Source: Planctomycetota bacterium (GTDB taxonomy: Bacteria; Planctomycetota; PLA2; JAEUHO01). Taken from it: 64,000 nucleotides of DNA. Position numbers and translations under genes: made by a program. The DNA is taken from the NCBI GenBank assembly GCA_050248855.1, contig JBFWRP010000001.1:32001-96000 (forward strand), given 5' to 3'. The notes under the pieces are model-generated. The model was not told the DNA's origin. It saw only the letters and a program-made list of their open reading frames with translations, and searched no databases. This document shows, in pieces, positions 43,349 to 53,465 of this stretch; position 1 is the stretch's first letter, and each line of letters opens with the position of its first letter.

Positions 43349-44229
43349 AGGCTTGGCTGCGCCTCGCGCGCGTCCCCTTCGCGTTCACGGCGGCGACCGA
43401 CGCCTTGGCCGTGGGTCTCCTGGCGCACGCGGCGCTCGGCTCGGACGCGGCGAGCACGCGCTGGCCCGCCGTGCTCGGCGCGGCCGTCCTCGTCTACGCG
43501 TTCGGGATGATGCTCAACGACTGGGCAGACCGCGCGGAGGACGCCCTGGTGGCCCCGCGGCGCCCGCTTCCGTCCGGGGCGCTCCGTCCGGCCCCGGTCG
43601 CGGTCGCGATCCTGCTGGTCGCGCTGGGCGCTCTCGGCCTCGGCCATGTGGCGGGCACGTTGCCGGGCGTGGGCGCTGCGCTGGGTCTGGCGGCGCTGTA
43701 CGACCTGGGCGCCAAGCGCTCCGTACGCGGGGGTGCGGTGGTGTTGGGCCTGGCGCGTGCGGCCAACGCGGCCCAGGTGCCACTGGCCGCTGCGCTGGCG
43801 GGCGCAGTCTCCTCCCCCGCGCTGCTCGCGGCCCTGGCCATCGGGACGTACGCGGCCGCGATCACGGTGCACAGTGCCCAGGCCGAAGTCGGCGTGCGGC
43901 ACACGGTGCTCGTCCGCAGCCTGGTCGGCGTCGCCTTCGCCGGTGCGGCGATCCTCGCGTGGGTCGTGGCGGGCACGTTCACGTTGGCCACGATGTTCGC
44001 GTCCATGCTCGCCTTCGGCGTGGCCTCGAGCACGGCGTTCGGACGCACCCCGCGTACGGGCCCCATCCCCAAGCAGGTCCGCGAGATGCTCTGCGGCCTG
44101 TACATGCTTGCGTACGTCGTCGCGAGCCCCGCCCTGGGCAGCAACGCCTTGCTTGCGCTGGGCGGTCTGTTCCTCGCCTGGGGCTTGGCCATCGCCAGCC
44201 AGCTTTTCGTTCGGGCGCTGGGCACCTGA
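43345..44229 (+). CDS. UbiA-family prenyltransferase (EboC-like)
   Basis: GMMLNDWADRAEDA...RPLPSG; multiple TM helices; ATGA overlap with rseP. Confidence 0.85.
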   Translation: MKAWLRLARVPFAFTAATDALAVGLLAHAALGSDAASTRWPAVLGAAVLVYAFGMMLNDWADRAEDALVAPRRPLPSGALRPAPVAVAILLVALGALGLGHVAGTLPGVGAALGLAALYDLGAKRSVRGGAVVLGLARAANAAQVPLAAALAGAVSSPALLAALAIGTYAAAITVHSAQAEVGVRHTVLVRSLVGVAFAGAAILAWVVAGTFTLATMFASMLAFGVASSTAFGRTPRTGPIPKQVREMLCGLYMLAYVVASPALGSNALLALGGLFLAWGLAIASQLFVRALGT

Positions 44230-44355
44230 GAAGGAGTCGCAGGCTCTCGCGTCGGCCGGCGTGGCGGGGCCTGCGCGCGGCCCCGAGGCCGGCACGTTTG
44301 CGGTACGCTCGCCCCCCGGTGGTGCGGCGCGCGGTGCGCGGCCGGAGGAGCACGG

Positions 44356-45771
44356 ATGCCGTGGGCGCTGCTGGGCTTGGGCGTCGTGGTCGTGGCCGTC
44401 ACGTCCGCGTTCCACGCGATCCTGCGCACGCGCACCGCGCAGGGCGCCATGGCGTGGCTCGTGGCCCTGATCAGCATGCCGCTGCTGGCCATCCCGCTGT
44501 ATTGGCTGTTCGGTCGCCGGCACTTCGCGGGCTACACGCAGGCGTGGCGCGCCCACATGCACGAGCTGCGCCCCCTGGCCCGAGCGGCCCAGGCCAACCT
44601 CGAGGCCTTCCACGTGCCCGACGACGCCAAGCATCCGGCCTACACGGGTCTGCAGGCGCTGGCGCACGGCCAGGTCACGCGGGGCAACGATGTCGAGCTG
44701 CTCGTGAACGGCGAGCCCACGTTCGCGAGCATCGTGGAGGGCATCGCGAAGGCCAGGAGCTATGTGCTCGTCGAGTTCTACATCGTGCGTGATGACGGCC
44801 TGGGGCGTCGCCTGCGCGATGCCCTGGTCGAGCGTGCCCGCGCGGGCGTCGACGTCTGGTTCGTCTACGACGAGCTCGGCAGCAGCAGCTTGAGCAGGCA
44901 GTACCGGAGGTCGCTCGAGGAGGCGGGCGTGCGCATCGTCGAGTTCGGAACGACGCGCGGCTGGACGAACCGCTTCCAGGTGAACTTCCGCAACCACCGC
45001 AAGATCGTCGTCGTGGACGGGGCCGTGGCCTGGATCGGCGGGCACAACGTGGGCGACGAGTATGTCGGCCTGCACAGGAAGCTGACGCCCTGGCGCGACA
45101 CGCACATCCGGCTGGAGGGACCGGCCGTGCTCGAGGCGCAAGCGGCCTTCCTCCTGGACTGGTGCTGGGCGACCGGTGAGCTGCTGGACCTCAGCTGGGA
45201 GGCCGTGCCCTCGACCACGGGCGACCGCCAGGCGTTGGTCGTGGCGACGGGCCCGGCCGACGACGTGGAGACCGGGAAGCTGCTCCACGCCCATCTCGTC
45301 AATCGCGCGCAGCATCGCCTGTGGATCGCCACGCCGTACTTCGTGCCGGAGCCCGCGGTGGCCGCGGCCCTCCAGCTCGCGGCGCTGCGCGGCGTGGACG
45401 TACGGGTCCTGGTACCGCTCCACAACGACAGCCAGCTCGTGCGCTTCGCCTCGTACTGGCATGTCCAGGAGCTGGGCGGCGTGGGCATCCGGTTCCTGCA
45501 GTACCCGCGGGGGTTCATGCACCAGAAGGTCGTGCTCGTGGACGAGGACCTCGTCTCGATCGGCACGCACAACTTCGACAACCGCTCGTTCCTGCTCAAC
45601 TTCGAGGTCGCCGCCCTGGTCTTCGATCGCGAGGTCGCCAGCCGCGTGGAAGCCATGCTCGAGCGCGACATGGAGCATGCCGTGCGTCTCGACCCCGCCG
45701 CGATCGCCGCCCGCCCCCTTTGGTTCCGGCTCGCGACGCGCGCGGCGCGCCTCATGGCCCCGGTGCAGTAG
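44356..45771 (+). CDS. cls: Cardiolipin synthase
   Basis: Two N-terminal TM helices and two HKD motifs (HRKIVVVDG, HQKVVLVD), TPYFVP, NFDNRSF.LNFE. Confidence 0.95.
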   Translation: MPWALLGLGVVVVAVTSAFHAILRTRTAQGAMAWLVALISMPLLAIPLYWLFGRRHFAGYTQAWRAHMHELRPLARAAQANLEAFHVPDDAKHPAYTGLQALAHGQVTRGNDVELLVNGEPTFASIVEGIAKARSYVLVEFYIVRDDGLGRRLRDALVERARAGVDVWFVYDELGSSSLSRQYRRSLEEAGVRIVEFGTTRGWTNRFQVNFRNHRKIVVVDGAVAWIGGHNVGDEYVGLHRKLTPWRDTHIRLEGPAVLEAQAAFLLDWCWATGELLDLSWEAVPSTTGDRQALVVATGPADDVETGKLLHAHLVNRAQHRLWIATPYFVPEPAVAAALQLAALRGVDVRVLVPLHNDSQLVRFASYWHVQELGGVGIRFLQYPRGFMHQKVVLVDEDLVSIGTHNFDNRSFLLNFEVAALVFDREVASRVEAMLERDMEHAVRLDPAAIAARPLWFRLATRAARLMAPVQ

Positions 45772-45786
45772 TGACGACGGCGGGAT

Positions 45787-47271
45787 CTAGCGCGGCCTGC
45801 GACGCTCGGGCGCGACGGGCTCCCCGTCCTCGGGATCGGAGAGCAGGGCGTCCAGCTCGGCCTGCATGCGTGCGCGCAGCGCCTGGTAGCGCGGCGTGTC
45901 GCGGAGGGGGTCGAGGTCGCCGTCTTCCTCCATCCACCCCAGGTCGCGCCATCCGGTCTCGTACGCGTTCTCGAGGCAGTCCAGGGCGTGGGTGCGCAGG
46001 ACTTCGGCGTCGAGGGTTCCCGGGTCACGCGACCAGCAGGCATAGGCGCAGGCTTGGTTGTACCAGTTGAGGGACGTGGTGGTGAACCCGAACCCGCGCA
46101 GCTCGCGCTTGTACTCGCGAATGGCCTCTGCATAGCGGCCCGTCCGGATGAGGATCTGGGGCACCATGCCTTCCAGATCCAGGGGCCGCAGCGGGTGGTC
46201 CCACGACTCGATGATCTCGAGGAACTGGTCGAGGGCGTGTGACGTGCGCAGGGGTGCGATGTTGTAGATCGTCGTGAGCACGTCGGCCAAGAGCCCCATG
46301 CGCTCGCCCAGCGCATCCAAGCGCTCCTCGAACCAGGATTCACGGCGCGCGTCGATGAAGCGGCGCAGATTCATGCGACGCAGACGCTCGTGGAGCTCCA
46401 GGGCCTCCACGAGATGCTGGCGGTACCAGATCTCGAGTCGGAAGAGCAGGGCCTCGTCGTCGGGTGTGGCGATCTCGCCCAGCGCGTTGAGGGCCATGTT
46501 GCGCCACTCGAAGAACCGCACGTCCTGGGGCACCACGGGCGCGTACGCACCCAGGCCGACGGCGCGCGGCAGCGCGAGCTGTTCGTCCAGTCCGATGCCC
46601 GCCAGGACGTCCAACACGAGCTGCCGCTGCGGGTGGCTGGCCAAGACGGCGTACTGGCCGCGGTAGTAGCCCGTGTGACCTGTCGGCGACTTGCGCGACG
46701 TGAGGAGACCTTCGATCTCGGTGCGGTCCACGAGCTCGACCAGCGCGTCGAGCCGCTCGGCCTCCGCGCTGCTCCCGAGCCCCCACGCCAGGGGGTCGGC
46801 GAAGGCGCTTCGGTCGGCAGCCGCGAGCTGCGCCAAGACCGCCGAACTGGCCGGGTCCTGGGCCCAGGCCCGCAGGAGCGGATGGGCGGACGTGTCGGGC
46901 AGCGCGAGCGCCCCGCGCAGCACCTGCCGTCGGCTCTCGAGGTCCCCGTGCCGCAGGATCGCCATCCCCAGCGCCTCGCGTCCGAGATCCCCCGCCTCCG
47001 CCCAGGCCGCCAGGAGCGGGCGGGCCAGGGCGGCATCGTTTGCCAGGGCGTGTTCGAGGTCGCGACGCGCACGCTCGCGCACGGCGGCCAGGGGGCTTTC
47101 CACGCCGGAGCTCAGGGCCGCCACGCCCTCCGACGGGGTGCTCTCGCCTTCCGCCCAGGCCACCGCCGGCGAGCGTGCCGGCGCGAGGGCGCCAACGACC
47201 ACGAGGCATGCCGCCAGCAAGGCGGGCGCGCGGCGGAGGGCGGCCTTCGGCAACTTCCCCAGGGGGACCAT
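45787..47271 (-). CDS. Secreted hypothetical protein with C-terminal TPR-like domain
   Basis: Signal peptide; WYNQACAYA...ALDCLE.A...GW.D...MEEDGDLDPLR..PRY. Confidence 0.75.
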   Translation of the reverse strand: MVPLGKLPKAALRRAPALLAACLVVVGALAPARSPAVAWAEGESTPSEGVAALSSGVESPLAAVRERARRDLEHALANDAALARPLLAAWAEAGDLGREALGMAILRHGDLESRRQVLRGALALPDTSAHPLLRAWAQDPASSAVLAQLAAADRSAFADPLAWGLGSSAEAERLDALVELVDRTEIEGLLTSRKSPTGHTGYYRGQYAVLASHPQRQLVLDVLAGIGLDEQLALPRAVGLGAYAPVVPQDVRFFEWRNMALNALGEIATPDDEALLFRLEIWYRQHLVEALELHERLRRMNLRRFIDARRESWFEERLDALGERMGLLADVLTTIYNIAPLRTSHALDQFLEIIESWDHPLRPLDLEGMVPQILIRTGRYAEAIREYKRELRGFGFTTTSLNWYNQACAYACWSRDPGTLDAEVLRTHALDCLENAYETGWRDLGWMEEDGDLDPLRDTPRYQALRARMQAELDALLSDPEDGEPVAPERRRPR

Positions 47272-47385
47272 GGGTGCATCCTACCCCCCGGCGGGCGGCC
47301 CGCCGAAAGCCGCCGGTCGGCGCGACCTGCGTCGTGGGAGCGGTTCGAGCCGATAGACAGGCGGGGGCGGGACGCACGGGAGCGG

Positions 47386-47814
47386 ATGGCGGCGAGCGAG
47401 CCGAGTGGCAGGACCTCCGAAGCGTTCGGCGCGGGCGCCGAACGGGCGACCGACCCGCGTTTCGAGGCCGAGCTGCGCCGCGGCGTCTTGCAGCTGGTCG
47501 CCCTCTTCCTGCTGGACCGGCCCCGCTACGGCTACGACCTCGTGCGCTCGCTCACGGAGGCCGGGTTCGCCGTCGAGGAAGGCACGCTCTACCCCATCCT
47601 GCGACGCTTCGAGCAGCAGCGTTGGGTCACGTCGTCCTGGAGCACGGCGGGTGCGCGCCCGCGCAAGTACTACCGCCTGTCGGACGATGGGCGCGACGTA
47701 CGCGACCGCATGGCGCACACCTGGGACCGTGTACGCCACGCCACGGAAGCCGTGCTCGGCGCGGACGCCGCATCGCAAGCCCCCGAGGACGACGAGGAGC
47801 CGGGTGATGCATGA
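47386..47814 (+). CDS. PadR-family transcriptional regulator
   Basis: ELRRGVL, YGYDL, EGTLYPILRR.E, RPRKYYRLS..G; start set at ATG 47386. Confidence 0.93.
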   Translation: MAASEPSGRTSEAFGAGAERATDPRFEAELRRGVLQLVALFLLDRPRYGYDLVRSLTEAGFAVEEGTLYPILRRFEQQRWVTSSWSTAGARPRKYYRLSDDGRDVRDRMAHTWDRVRHATEAVLGADAASQAPEDDEEPGDA

Positions 47815-48793
47815 ACCCCCTGCCAGCCCCGTGGGCCCCCAGAGCGCCGCGGCGCGCGCGTGGATCGCGCGCTTGACTGCGCTCCTGCCGGCGCCGGAGT
47901 CCGAGCGCGTGCGCGGCGACGTCGAGGCCATGATCCTCGATCATGCCGAGGCCGCCCGCGAGGCGGATCCCGCGCTCGACGCCGACGAAGCGGAGCGCTT
48001 GGCGCTCGAGTCGCTGGGCACGCCCGAGGCCATGGCCGACGCCTTGGTCGACCGGCCGGTCCGCATCACGTGGGCCACGTGGCGCTCCGTCCAGCGGATG
48101 CTGTGGGTCCTCGTTCCCTGCCACCTGCTGCTTTCCGTGCTGCTCACGGCGGCCGGCTCCACCACGCCGGCCTTGCCGGGCCTGCTGGGGCCGCTCCCGA
48201 CCTCTTCGTGGGCGGCCACCGCCTTGGCCGTCTTCGGCGTGCTCGTGGTGGACGTCGGCTTGGTCGTGCTGCTCCACGCCGTGTTCGGCGCGCAGCTCGG
48301 ACGGATCCGTCCGATCGGCGACCCGCGACTCTCGGTGACCCGCGGCGACGCCGTACGCCGCCTCGTGTTCCTCGGCCTGGTGGCCGTGCTCGTCAACGGG
48401 CTGCTGCGGCGCCTCTTCACCGTGGAGTTCGCGTCCGGCGAGGCGGCGTCGTTCCTGGTCGACGACCTGCTGGCCCTGGTGCCCTGGGCCAACGTCGTGC
48501 TGGTTTTGTTCGCCGTCCGGGATGTCGGCGCCCTGCTGCGTCCGTCGTCGGCGCGCACGCTCTGGACCGCCGACACGCTGGCGTCGGCGGCCGCCGCCGC
48601 GCTCATGGTCTTCGCCGCGGCTCGCCCCGAGCTGGTGCGGTTCCCGGCCGACCGCCTCGGCCCCGCGACGGCCAACGTCCTGACGAGCCTCGTCACGCGC
48701 CTCTTCGTGTTCCTCTTCGTGGTCGGTGCGCTGATCAGCGCGCTGCGCGCGGTCGGCGGCGTCCGCCGCCTCCTCGCTGCCCGCCGCGGGTGA
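47807..48793 (+). CDS. Membrane protein with N-terminal HAAS-like domain (PadR partner)
   Basis: L...LP..E...V..DV..MILD...AL.SLGTP..MA then about 6 TM helices; overlaps padR. Confidence 0.7.
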   Translation: MHEPPASPVGPQSAAARAWIARLTALLPAPESERVRGDVEAMILDHAEAAREADPALDADEAERLALESLGTPEAMADALVDRPVRITWATWRSVQRMLWVLVPCHLLLSVLLTAAGSTTPALPGLLGPLPTSSWAATALAVFGVLVVDVGLVVLLHAVFGAQLGRIRPIGDPRLSVTRGDAVRRLVFLGLVAVLVNGLLRRLFTVEFASGEAASFLVDDLLALVPWANVVLVLFAVRDVGALLRPSSARTLWTADTLASAAAAALMVFAAARPELVRFPADRLGPATANVLTSLVTRLFVFLFVVGALISALRAVGGVRRLLAARRG

Positions 48794-49557
48794 GCGGGCG
48801 CAAGGCACCGGTCTGGACGTACCCCGGCCGCCTGGAGGAGGTCCGGCTCGTCGGACGTCGCAAGCGCTTCTTCGCGGACGTCGAGTGGCCGGACGGCCGC
48901 GCCCTCACCGTGCACTGCGCCAACCCGGGCCGCATGACCAGCTGCGGGCGCCCGGGCGCCCGGGCGCGGATCAGCGACAGCGGCAATGCCAAGCGGACGC
49001 TGCGCTGGTCCTTGGAGCAGGTGGCCGAGCACGACGCCTGGGTCCTGGTGAACACGGCGCGCACGAACGCCGTGGTCGAGGCCCTCGTGGCGACGGGGCG
49101 CCTACCCGCGGTGCCCGTCGACGCACCCCGGCGTCGCGAAGCGGCCGACGGCGCGGGCCATCGCTTCGACCTCCTGGTGGAACCGCCGGGCGCACCGCGC
49201 CTGTGGATCGAGGTGAAGAACGTGACGTGGCGTGTCGGCGACGAAGCACGCTTCCCCGATGCGGTCACCGCACGTGGGCGGCGCCATCTCGAGGGCCTGG
49301 CGGCTCGCGTGGAGGCCGGGGAGCGCGCCCTGCTCGTGTTCTACGTGGGGCGTGCCGACGTCCGTCGCGTGCGTCCGGCGCACGATGTGGACGCCGCCTA
49401 CGCGACGGCACTCGTCGAAGCGGTCGCCCGGGGCGTCGAGGTGCTCGCGCTCGCCGGGGACATCACGGCCGAGGGCCTGGACGCGCGCGGAACGCTGCCG
49501 GTCGATCTGGGCGCCCCGCCCCCGATCCAGGACGGCCAAGCGCCCTGCGTCCCGTAG
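48790..49557 (+). CDS. sfsA: DNA/RNA nuclease SfsA
   Basis: KRFFADV, HCANPGRM, RFDLL, IEVKNVT, FPDAVTARGRRHL; GTGA overlap with the upstream gene. Confidence 0.95.
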   Translation: MSGRKAPVWTYPGRLEEVRLVGRRKRFFADVEWPDGRALTVHCANPGRMTSCGRPGARARISDSGNAKRTLRWSLEQVAEHDAWVLVNTARTNAVVEALVATGRLPAVPVDAPRRREAADGAGHRFDLLVEPPGAPRLWIEVKNVTWRVGDEARFPDAVTARGRRHLEGLAARVEAGERALLVFYVGRADVRRVRPAHDVDAAYATALVEAVARGVEVLALAGDITAEGLDARGTLPVDLGAPPPIQDGQAPCVP

Positions 49558-49567
49558 CATCCGGCCC

Positions 49568-50263
49568 GTGAGCCCGACCCCGCCTGCGCTCCACGTTCGC
49601 GACCTGCGCCATGCCTTCCGCTCGCCGGAGGGGGGCGCACTGCCCGTGCTCGAGCTGCCCGAGCTCGACGTCCAAGCGGGCGAGCGCCTCGTCGTGCAGG
49701 GGGCCAGCGGCGGCGGCAAGACGACACTGCTGCATCTGGTCGCGGGCATCTTGCCCGTCCAACACGGCACGCTGGAGGTCGCCGGCATCTCGCTGAAGGG
49801 CATGAGCGAGGCCGCGCGGGATCGCTTCCGCGCCCGACACGTCGGCTACCTCTTCCAGGCCTTCCACCTGCTGCCGCAGCTGACGGCGTTGGAGAACGTG
49901 GCCGTCGCGCTCACGTTCCAGGGCATCCGCCCGGCGGCCGCGCGCCAAGCGGCCGCCGCCTCGCTGCAGCGCGTGGGCCTGGCCGACCGTCGGGGGCACC
50001 GCCCCCACCAGCTCTCCGTCGGCCAGCAGCAGCGTGTCGCGATCGCGCGCGCGCTCGTGGGCCATCCGTCCATCGTGCTGGCCGACGAGCCGACGAGCAG
50101 CCTCGACCCACAGCGCGCCGAGGAGGCCCTTGCGCTGCTGGAGGCCTTCGCCGAGGAGCGCGGAGCGGCCCTCTTGATCGTCACCCACGACCCCGCGGTC
50201 GTGGCCCGGGCCTCGCGGGTGGTCAGGCTGGAAGCGCCGCGCCCGGCGGAGGCCGCACGATGA
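49568..50263 (+). CDS. ABC transporter ATP-binding protein (LolD/MacB type)
   Basis: GASGGGKTT, LSVGQQQRVAIARAL, ADEPTSSLD; start set at GTG 49568. Confidence 0.93.
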   Translation: MSPTPPALHVRDLRHAFRSPEGGALPVLELPELDVQAGERLVVQGASGGGKTTLLHLVAGILPVQHGTLEVAGISLKGMSEAARDRFRARHVGYLFQAFHLLPQLTALENVAVALTFQGIRPAAARQAAAASLQRVGLADRRGHRPHQLSVGQQQRVAIARALVGHPSIVLADEPTSSLDPQRAEEALALLEAFAEERGAALLIVTHDPAVVARASRVVRLEAPRPAEAAR

Positions 50264-51591
50264 GCCTGCTGGCCCTGGCGTGGCGCAGTGTGCGCGGTCG
50301 GCCCTTGGCCAGCACGCTTACGGTCGTTGCCGTGGCGCTGGGCGCGGCGCTCGTCATCGCCCTGCTCTCGCTTCGCGCTTCGACGCGCCGCTCGTTCCTG
50401 GAAGCTGCGCGCGGCTACGACGCGATCCTCGGCCCCACCGAGGGCTCGCCCCTGGACACGGTGCTCTCGACCCTCTTCCACGTCGGCGAGTCCAAGGGCA
50501 CGATCCCGTGGGCGGCGTGGGATGCCGTGCAGAAGGACCCCCGCGTTGCCCTGGCCGTGCCGTATGCGCTGGGGGACAGCTTCCGCGGGCGCCACATCGT
50601 GGGTACCAGCAACGACCTCTTCCGTGCCCTGCACGGGGCGGACGGCAAGCCCCTCGGCGAGGGCGTCGTCGGAGCCCTCTTCGAAGACGGGTCCTTCGAG
50701 GCCGTCGTCGGCAGCGCCGCAGCCGCTTCCACGGGGCTCCGCCGCGGCTCGCAGTTCCGTGCGGCGCATGGCGTCGAGGTGGTGACGCACGAGCACGAGG
50801 AGCTCTGGACGGTCGTCGGCATCCTGCGGCCCACGGGCACCCCGGCCGACCGCGCCATCTTCATTCCCTGGAAGACGTTCTACGCCATCGGCGGGCACGA
50901 GGAAGGTGCCGAAGCCTTGCGCGCGCGCCGCGCCGCCCAAGCGGAGGCGGGCGGTGAGCCGCCCCCTGGCGCGGGCGCCCACGACGAGGACCCGGACGGT
51001 GGTCACGACCACGAGGCGGACGCTCCCACGGCCGAGGAAACGCTGGGGCTCTCGGCGATCGGCATCCGCCTCGTGAGCCCGGGTCTGCGCATCGCCTACT
51101 TGGCGGAGCTGCGCCAAGACCGCGACGACCTCGACCCCGTGCAGCCGCTCGAGGTCATCCACGACCTGTTGCAGATCGTAGGCTCCGTCGACCAGGTGTT
51201 CGAGCTGCTCGCCTGGGCGGTCGTCGTCGTGTCGTCGCTCGGCATCCTCGTGGGCCTCTACAACACGATCCACGGGCGGCGCCGCGAGATCGCGATCCTG
51301 CGTGCCCTGGGGGCGCGCGCACGTCACGTGTTCGTCGTCATCGTGCTGGAGGCCGTGTTGCTCGTGCTGGCGGGAGGCGTCCTGGGTCTCTTGCTAGGCC
51401 ACTTCGCGTTGGCGGCCGCCGCGCCCGAGCTGCTCCGTGAGTATGCGATCCGCGCCGACGTGGCACCGGGCATGCGCGACCTCGCGGTGCTCGGGGCGTT
51501 GCTCGGGCTCGGGCTGCTGGCCGGGTTGCTGCCGGCCCTCCGGGGTCTGCAGACCCCGGTGGCACGCAACCTGCAGCCGCAGGATGCGTGA
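50260..51591 (+). CDS. FtsX/MacB-like ABC permease with His/Asp-rich periplasmic insert
   Basis: GSPL..VL..LFH, P.ALGDSFRG..IVGT, RRREIAILRALGA; HEHEE and HDEDPDGGHDHE segments. Confidence 0.9.
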   Translation: MSLLALAWRSVRGRPLASTLTVVAVALGAALVIALLSLRASTRRSFLEAARGYDAILGPTEGSPLDTVLSTLFHVGESKGTIPWAAWDAVQKDPRVALAVPYALGDSFRGRHIVGTSNDLFRALHGADGKPLGEGVVGALFEDGSFEAVVGSAAAASTGLRRGSQFRAAHGVEVVTHEHEELWTVVGILRPTGTPADRAIFIPWKTFYAIGGHEEGAEALRARRAAQAEAGGEPPPGAGAHDEDPDGGHDHEADAPTAEETLGLSAIGIRLVSPGLRIAYLAELRQDRDDLDPVQPLEVIHDLLQIVGSVDQVFELLAWAVVVVSSLGILVGLYNTIHGRRREIAILRALGARARHVFVVIVLEAVLLVLAGGVLGLLLGHFALAAAAPELLREYAIRADVAPGMRDLAVLGALLGLGLLAGLLPALRGLQTPVARNLQPQDA

Positions 51592-51600
51592 GCCCGGCCG

Positions 51601-52245
51601 ATGGGGCGCCTCGACAGCCTGCTGCTGGTGACGGCACTCCTCGTGGCGCTGGGCGCCGTCGGCTACGGCGTCATGGAGGCCGCGCGGCCCGCCGGCGAGG
51701 CGGGGTCGACGACCCTGCTCGGCGGCGTGCTGGGCGGGCAGCTGCACGCGGGCGTGGACCCCCTGCGGCCGCCTGGCCTGCCCGAGGGGGCCCGGATCGA
51801 CCCGGCGACGGGCCGCTTGGTGGGCGTCCGGGCGGCTGACGGCGACGGCGCCCGGGGACTCGCGTGGGAGGACCTCGCGCTGCCAGACGGCCTCGTGGAC
51901 ATGGCCGAGATGCCGGCCGCCGTCCGGGCGCTCGAGGGTCAGCGCATCGCGCTGATCGGGTTCGTGTCGCCGGCGTTCGATCCCGTCGCGTTCCGCCATT
52001 TCTTCCTGGTGGCGTCCACCTTCGCCTGCTGCTTCGGTCAGCCACCGGGGCTCGACGGCCTGCTCGAGGTGCGCCTCGCGGAGTCGGCAAGCCCGCTCGA
52101 CATGGACCCACGGCCCCACGTCGTCAGCGGCATCCTGCGCATCGAGCCGCTGCGCCTGCGCGAGTCCCCCGACGCGCCGATCGTCCTGCTCTTCCATCTG
52201 GACGAGGCCCGGGCGTGGGCGCTCGGCGGTGACTCCGGCGGGTAG
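51601..52245 (+). CDS. DUF3299-like protein (paralogue 1)
   Basis: W..L...P..VRALEGQRI.L.GF..P...F.LV....ACCFGQPP. Confidence 0.75.
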   Translation: MGRLDSLLLVTALLVALGAVGYGVMEAARPAGEAGSTTLLGGVLGGQLHAGVDPLRPPGLPEGARIDPATGRLVGVRAADGDGARGLAWEDLALPDGLVDMAEMPAAVRALEGQRIALIGFVSPAFDPVAFRHFFLVASTFACCFGQPPGLDGLLEVRLAESASPLDMDPRPHVVSGILRIEPLRLRESPDAPIVLLFHLDEARAWALGGDSGG

Positions 52246-52254
52246 GGTAGGTCC

Positions 52255-52887
52255 GTGCCTCGCCGCCGTTTCGACGTGCTGTTCGTGCTCCTGGTGATCG
52301 GCGGTGTCATCGCCGCCTGGGGGCATGCCTTTGCGCGCACGGCGTCCGATCCCGCCGCACGCCTGCGCGCGGACGGACGGCTTCCACCGCGGCGCATCGT
52401 CATGGCCCAGGACCCGCTTGGCGGCATGAGCGCACAGGCGCAGCTTCCCGAGGGCGTGTCCATCGACCCCGTCACCGGAGCGCTCGTCGGCTTGGCGCTG
52501 GAGGCCGAGCCCGGCGTGACGCCGCTGCCGTGGGAGGTGCTGCGCGCCTACGAGGTGCAGCCGGGCCTCGCCGGGCTCCCCGAGGACATCCGTGCGCTGG
52601 ACGGCCAGCGCGTCGTGATGCTGGGCTTCCTGCAGCCCGAGTACGACTACGAGGACATCGCCCGGTTCACGCTCGTCGAGAGCCATTGGAGCTGCTGCTA
52701 CGGCGTGCCCGCAGGACTCAACGGAAGCGTCTACGTGCAGCTGGCCGACGAGGCCCCCCGTCTGCACCTGACCGTCCAGCCCGTGCGCGTGAAGGGCACC
52801 TTCCGGGTGCGCGAGCAGAAGGAGGGGCGCATCGTCTTCAGCGTGTTCGCCCTCGACGACGCCGAGGGGCAGATCCTGGGCTGGTGA
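52255..52887 (+). CDS. DUF3299-like protein (paralogue 2)
   Basis: LPW..L...P..IRALDGQRV.M.GF..P...F.LV....SCCYGVP...N..VYV. Confidence 0.78.
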   Translation: MPRRRFDVLFVLLVIGGVIAAWGHAFARTASDPAARLRADGRLPPRRIVMAQDPLGGMSAQAQLPEGVSIDPVTGALVGLALEAEPGVTPLPWEVLRAYEVQPGLAGLPEDIRALDGQRVVMLGFLQPEYDYEDIARFTLVESHWSCCYGVPAGLNGSVYVQLADEAPRLHLTVQPVRVKGTFRVREQKEGRIVFSVFALDDAEGQILGW

Positions 52888-52890
52888 CCC

Positions 52891-52988
52891 GTACGGAGGC
52901 GGGAAAACATGTTGCAGGCGGCTCGGGCGGCGCCGCGGGCGTCGGGCGTGCGCCTGGCAGCCTGCAACAAGATTTCCCGCCTCCGTAC
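52891..52988. repeat. 98-bp palindromic MITE/REP-like element, family A
   Basis: 29-bp terminal inverted repeats (52891-52919 and 52960-52988, 27/29), GTAC at both ends. Confidence 0.88.
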
Positions 52989-53111
52989 CCTCGCCTCCGC
53001 ACTACCCTGCGCCGCTGCTCCTTGACAAACCGACGACGACGCACGCTCCCGCGAGCCACGTCCCTGCCCACTTGGCGGGAGGTGTGGACCGCGGGACGCC
53101 ACGGCCCTCGA

Positions 53112-53465
53112 GGGGGCGAACGGATTCGACCGGAAGCCGGTCGGTTCGGGTGGCGCGCCGGGGGGCCGGACGAACCCCGTCAACAAGCGCCCGGAAACCA
53201 CAGTTGCCAACAGCAACTACGCTCTCGCCGCCTAGTCGCGGCGCGGCCCCTCCTCTCTGCCCACCAGGGGAGTCGGGCCGCCATACGGTGGGCTGGTCGA
53301 GGTGTCGCCGCGGGTCGGCAGCTTGACGAGACTCTACCCGCTGGCCTTCGGCGAAGCCTGTCCCGGGCGTTTCCGCGGGTGAGACCTGAAGTACACGGAC
53401 TACGCGCGTAGAGGCTCGGCTCGGCCCTTCTCGGGACGGGGGTTCGATTCCCCCCGCCTCCACCA
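53112..53465 (+). ncRNA. ssrA: tmRNA (one-piece), tag peptide ANSNYALAA at 53206-53235
   Basis: 5' GGGGGCG..GGATTCGAC pairs with 3' CGCCTCC-ACCA (G3:U wobble); T-arm GGTTCGATTCC; tag ends YALAA-TAG; smpB lies 3.7 kb away. Confidence 0.97.

Noticed and set aside
53022..53050. TTGACA as the -35 of the ssrA promoter
   Set aside because: No TANNNT hexamer at 16-18 bp spacing downstream.
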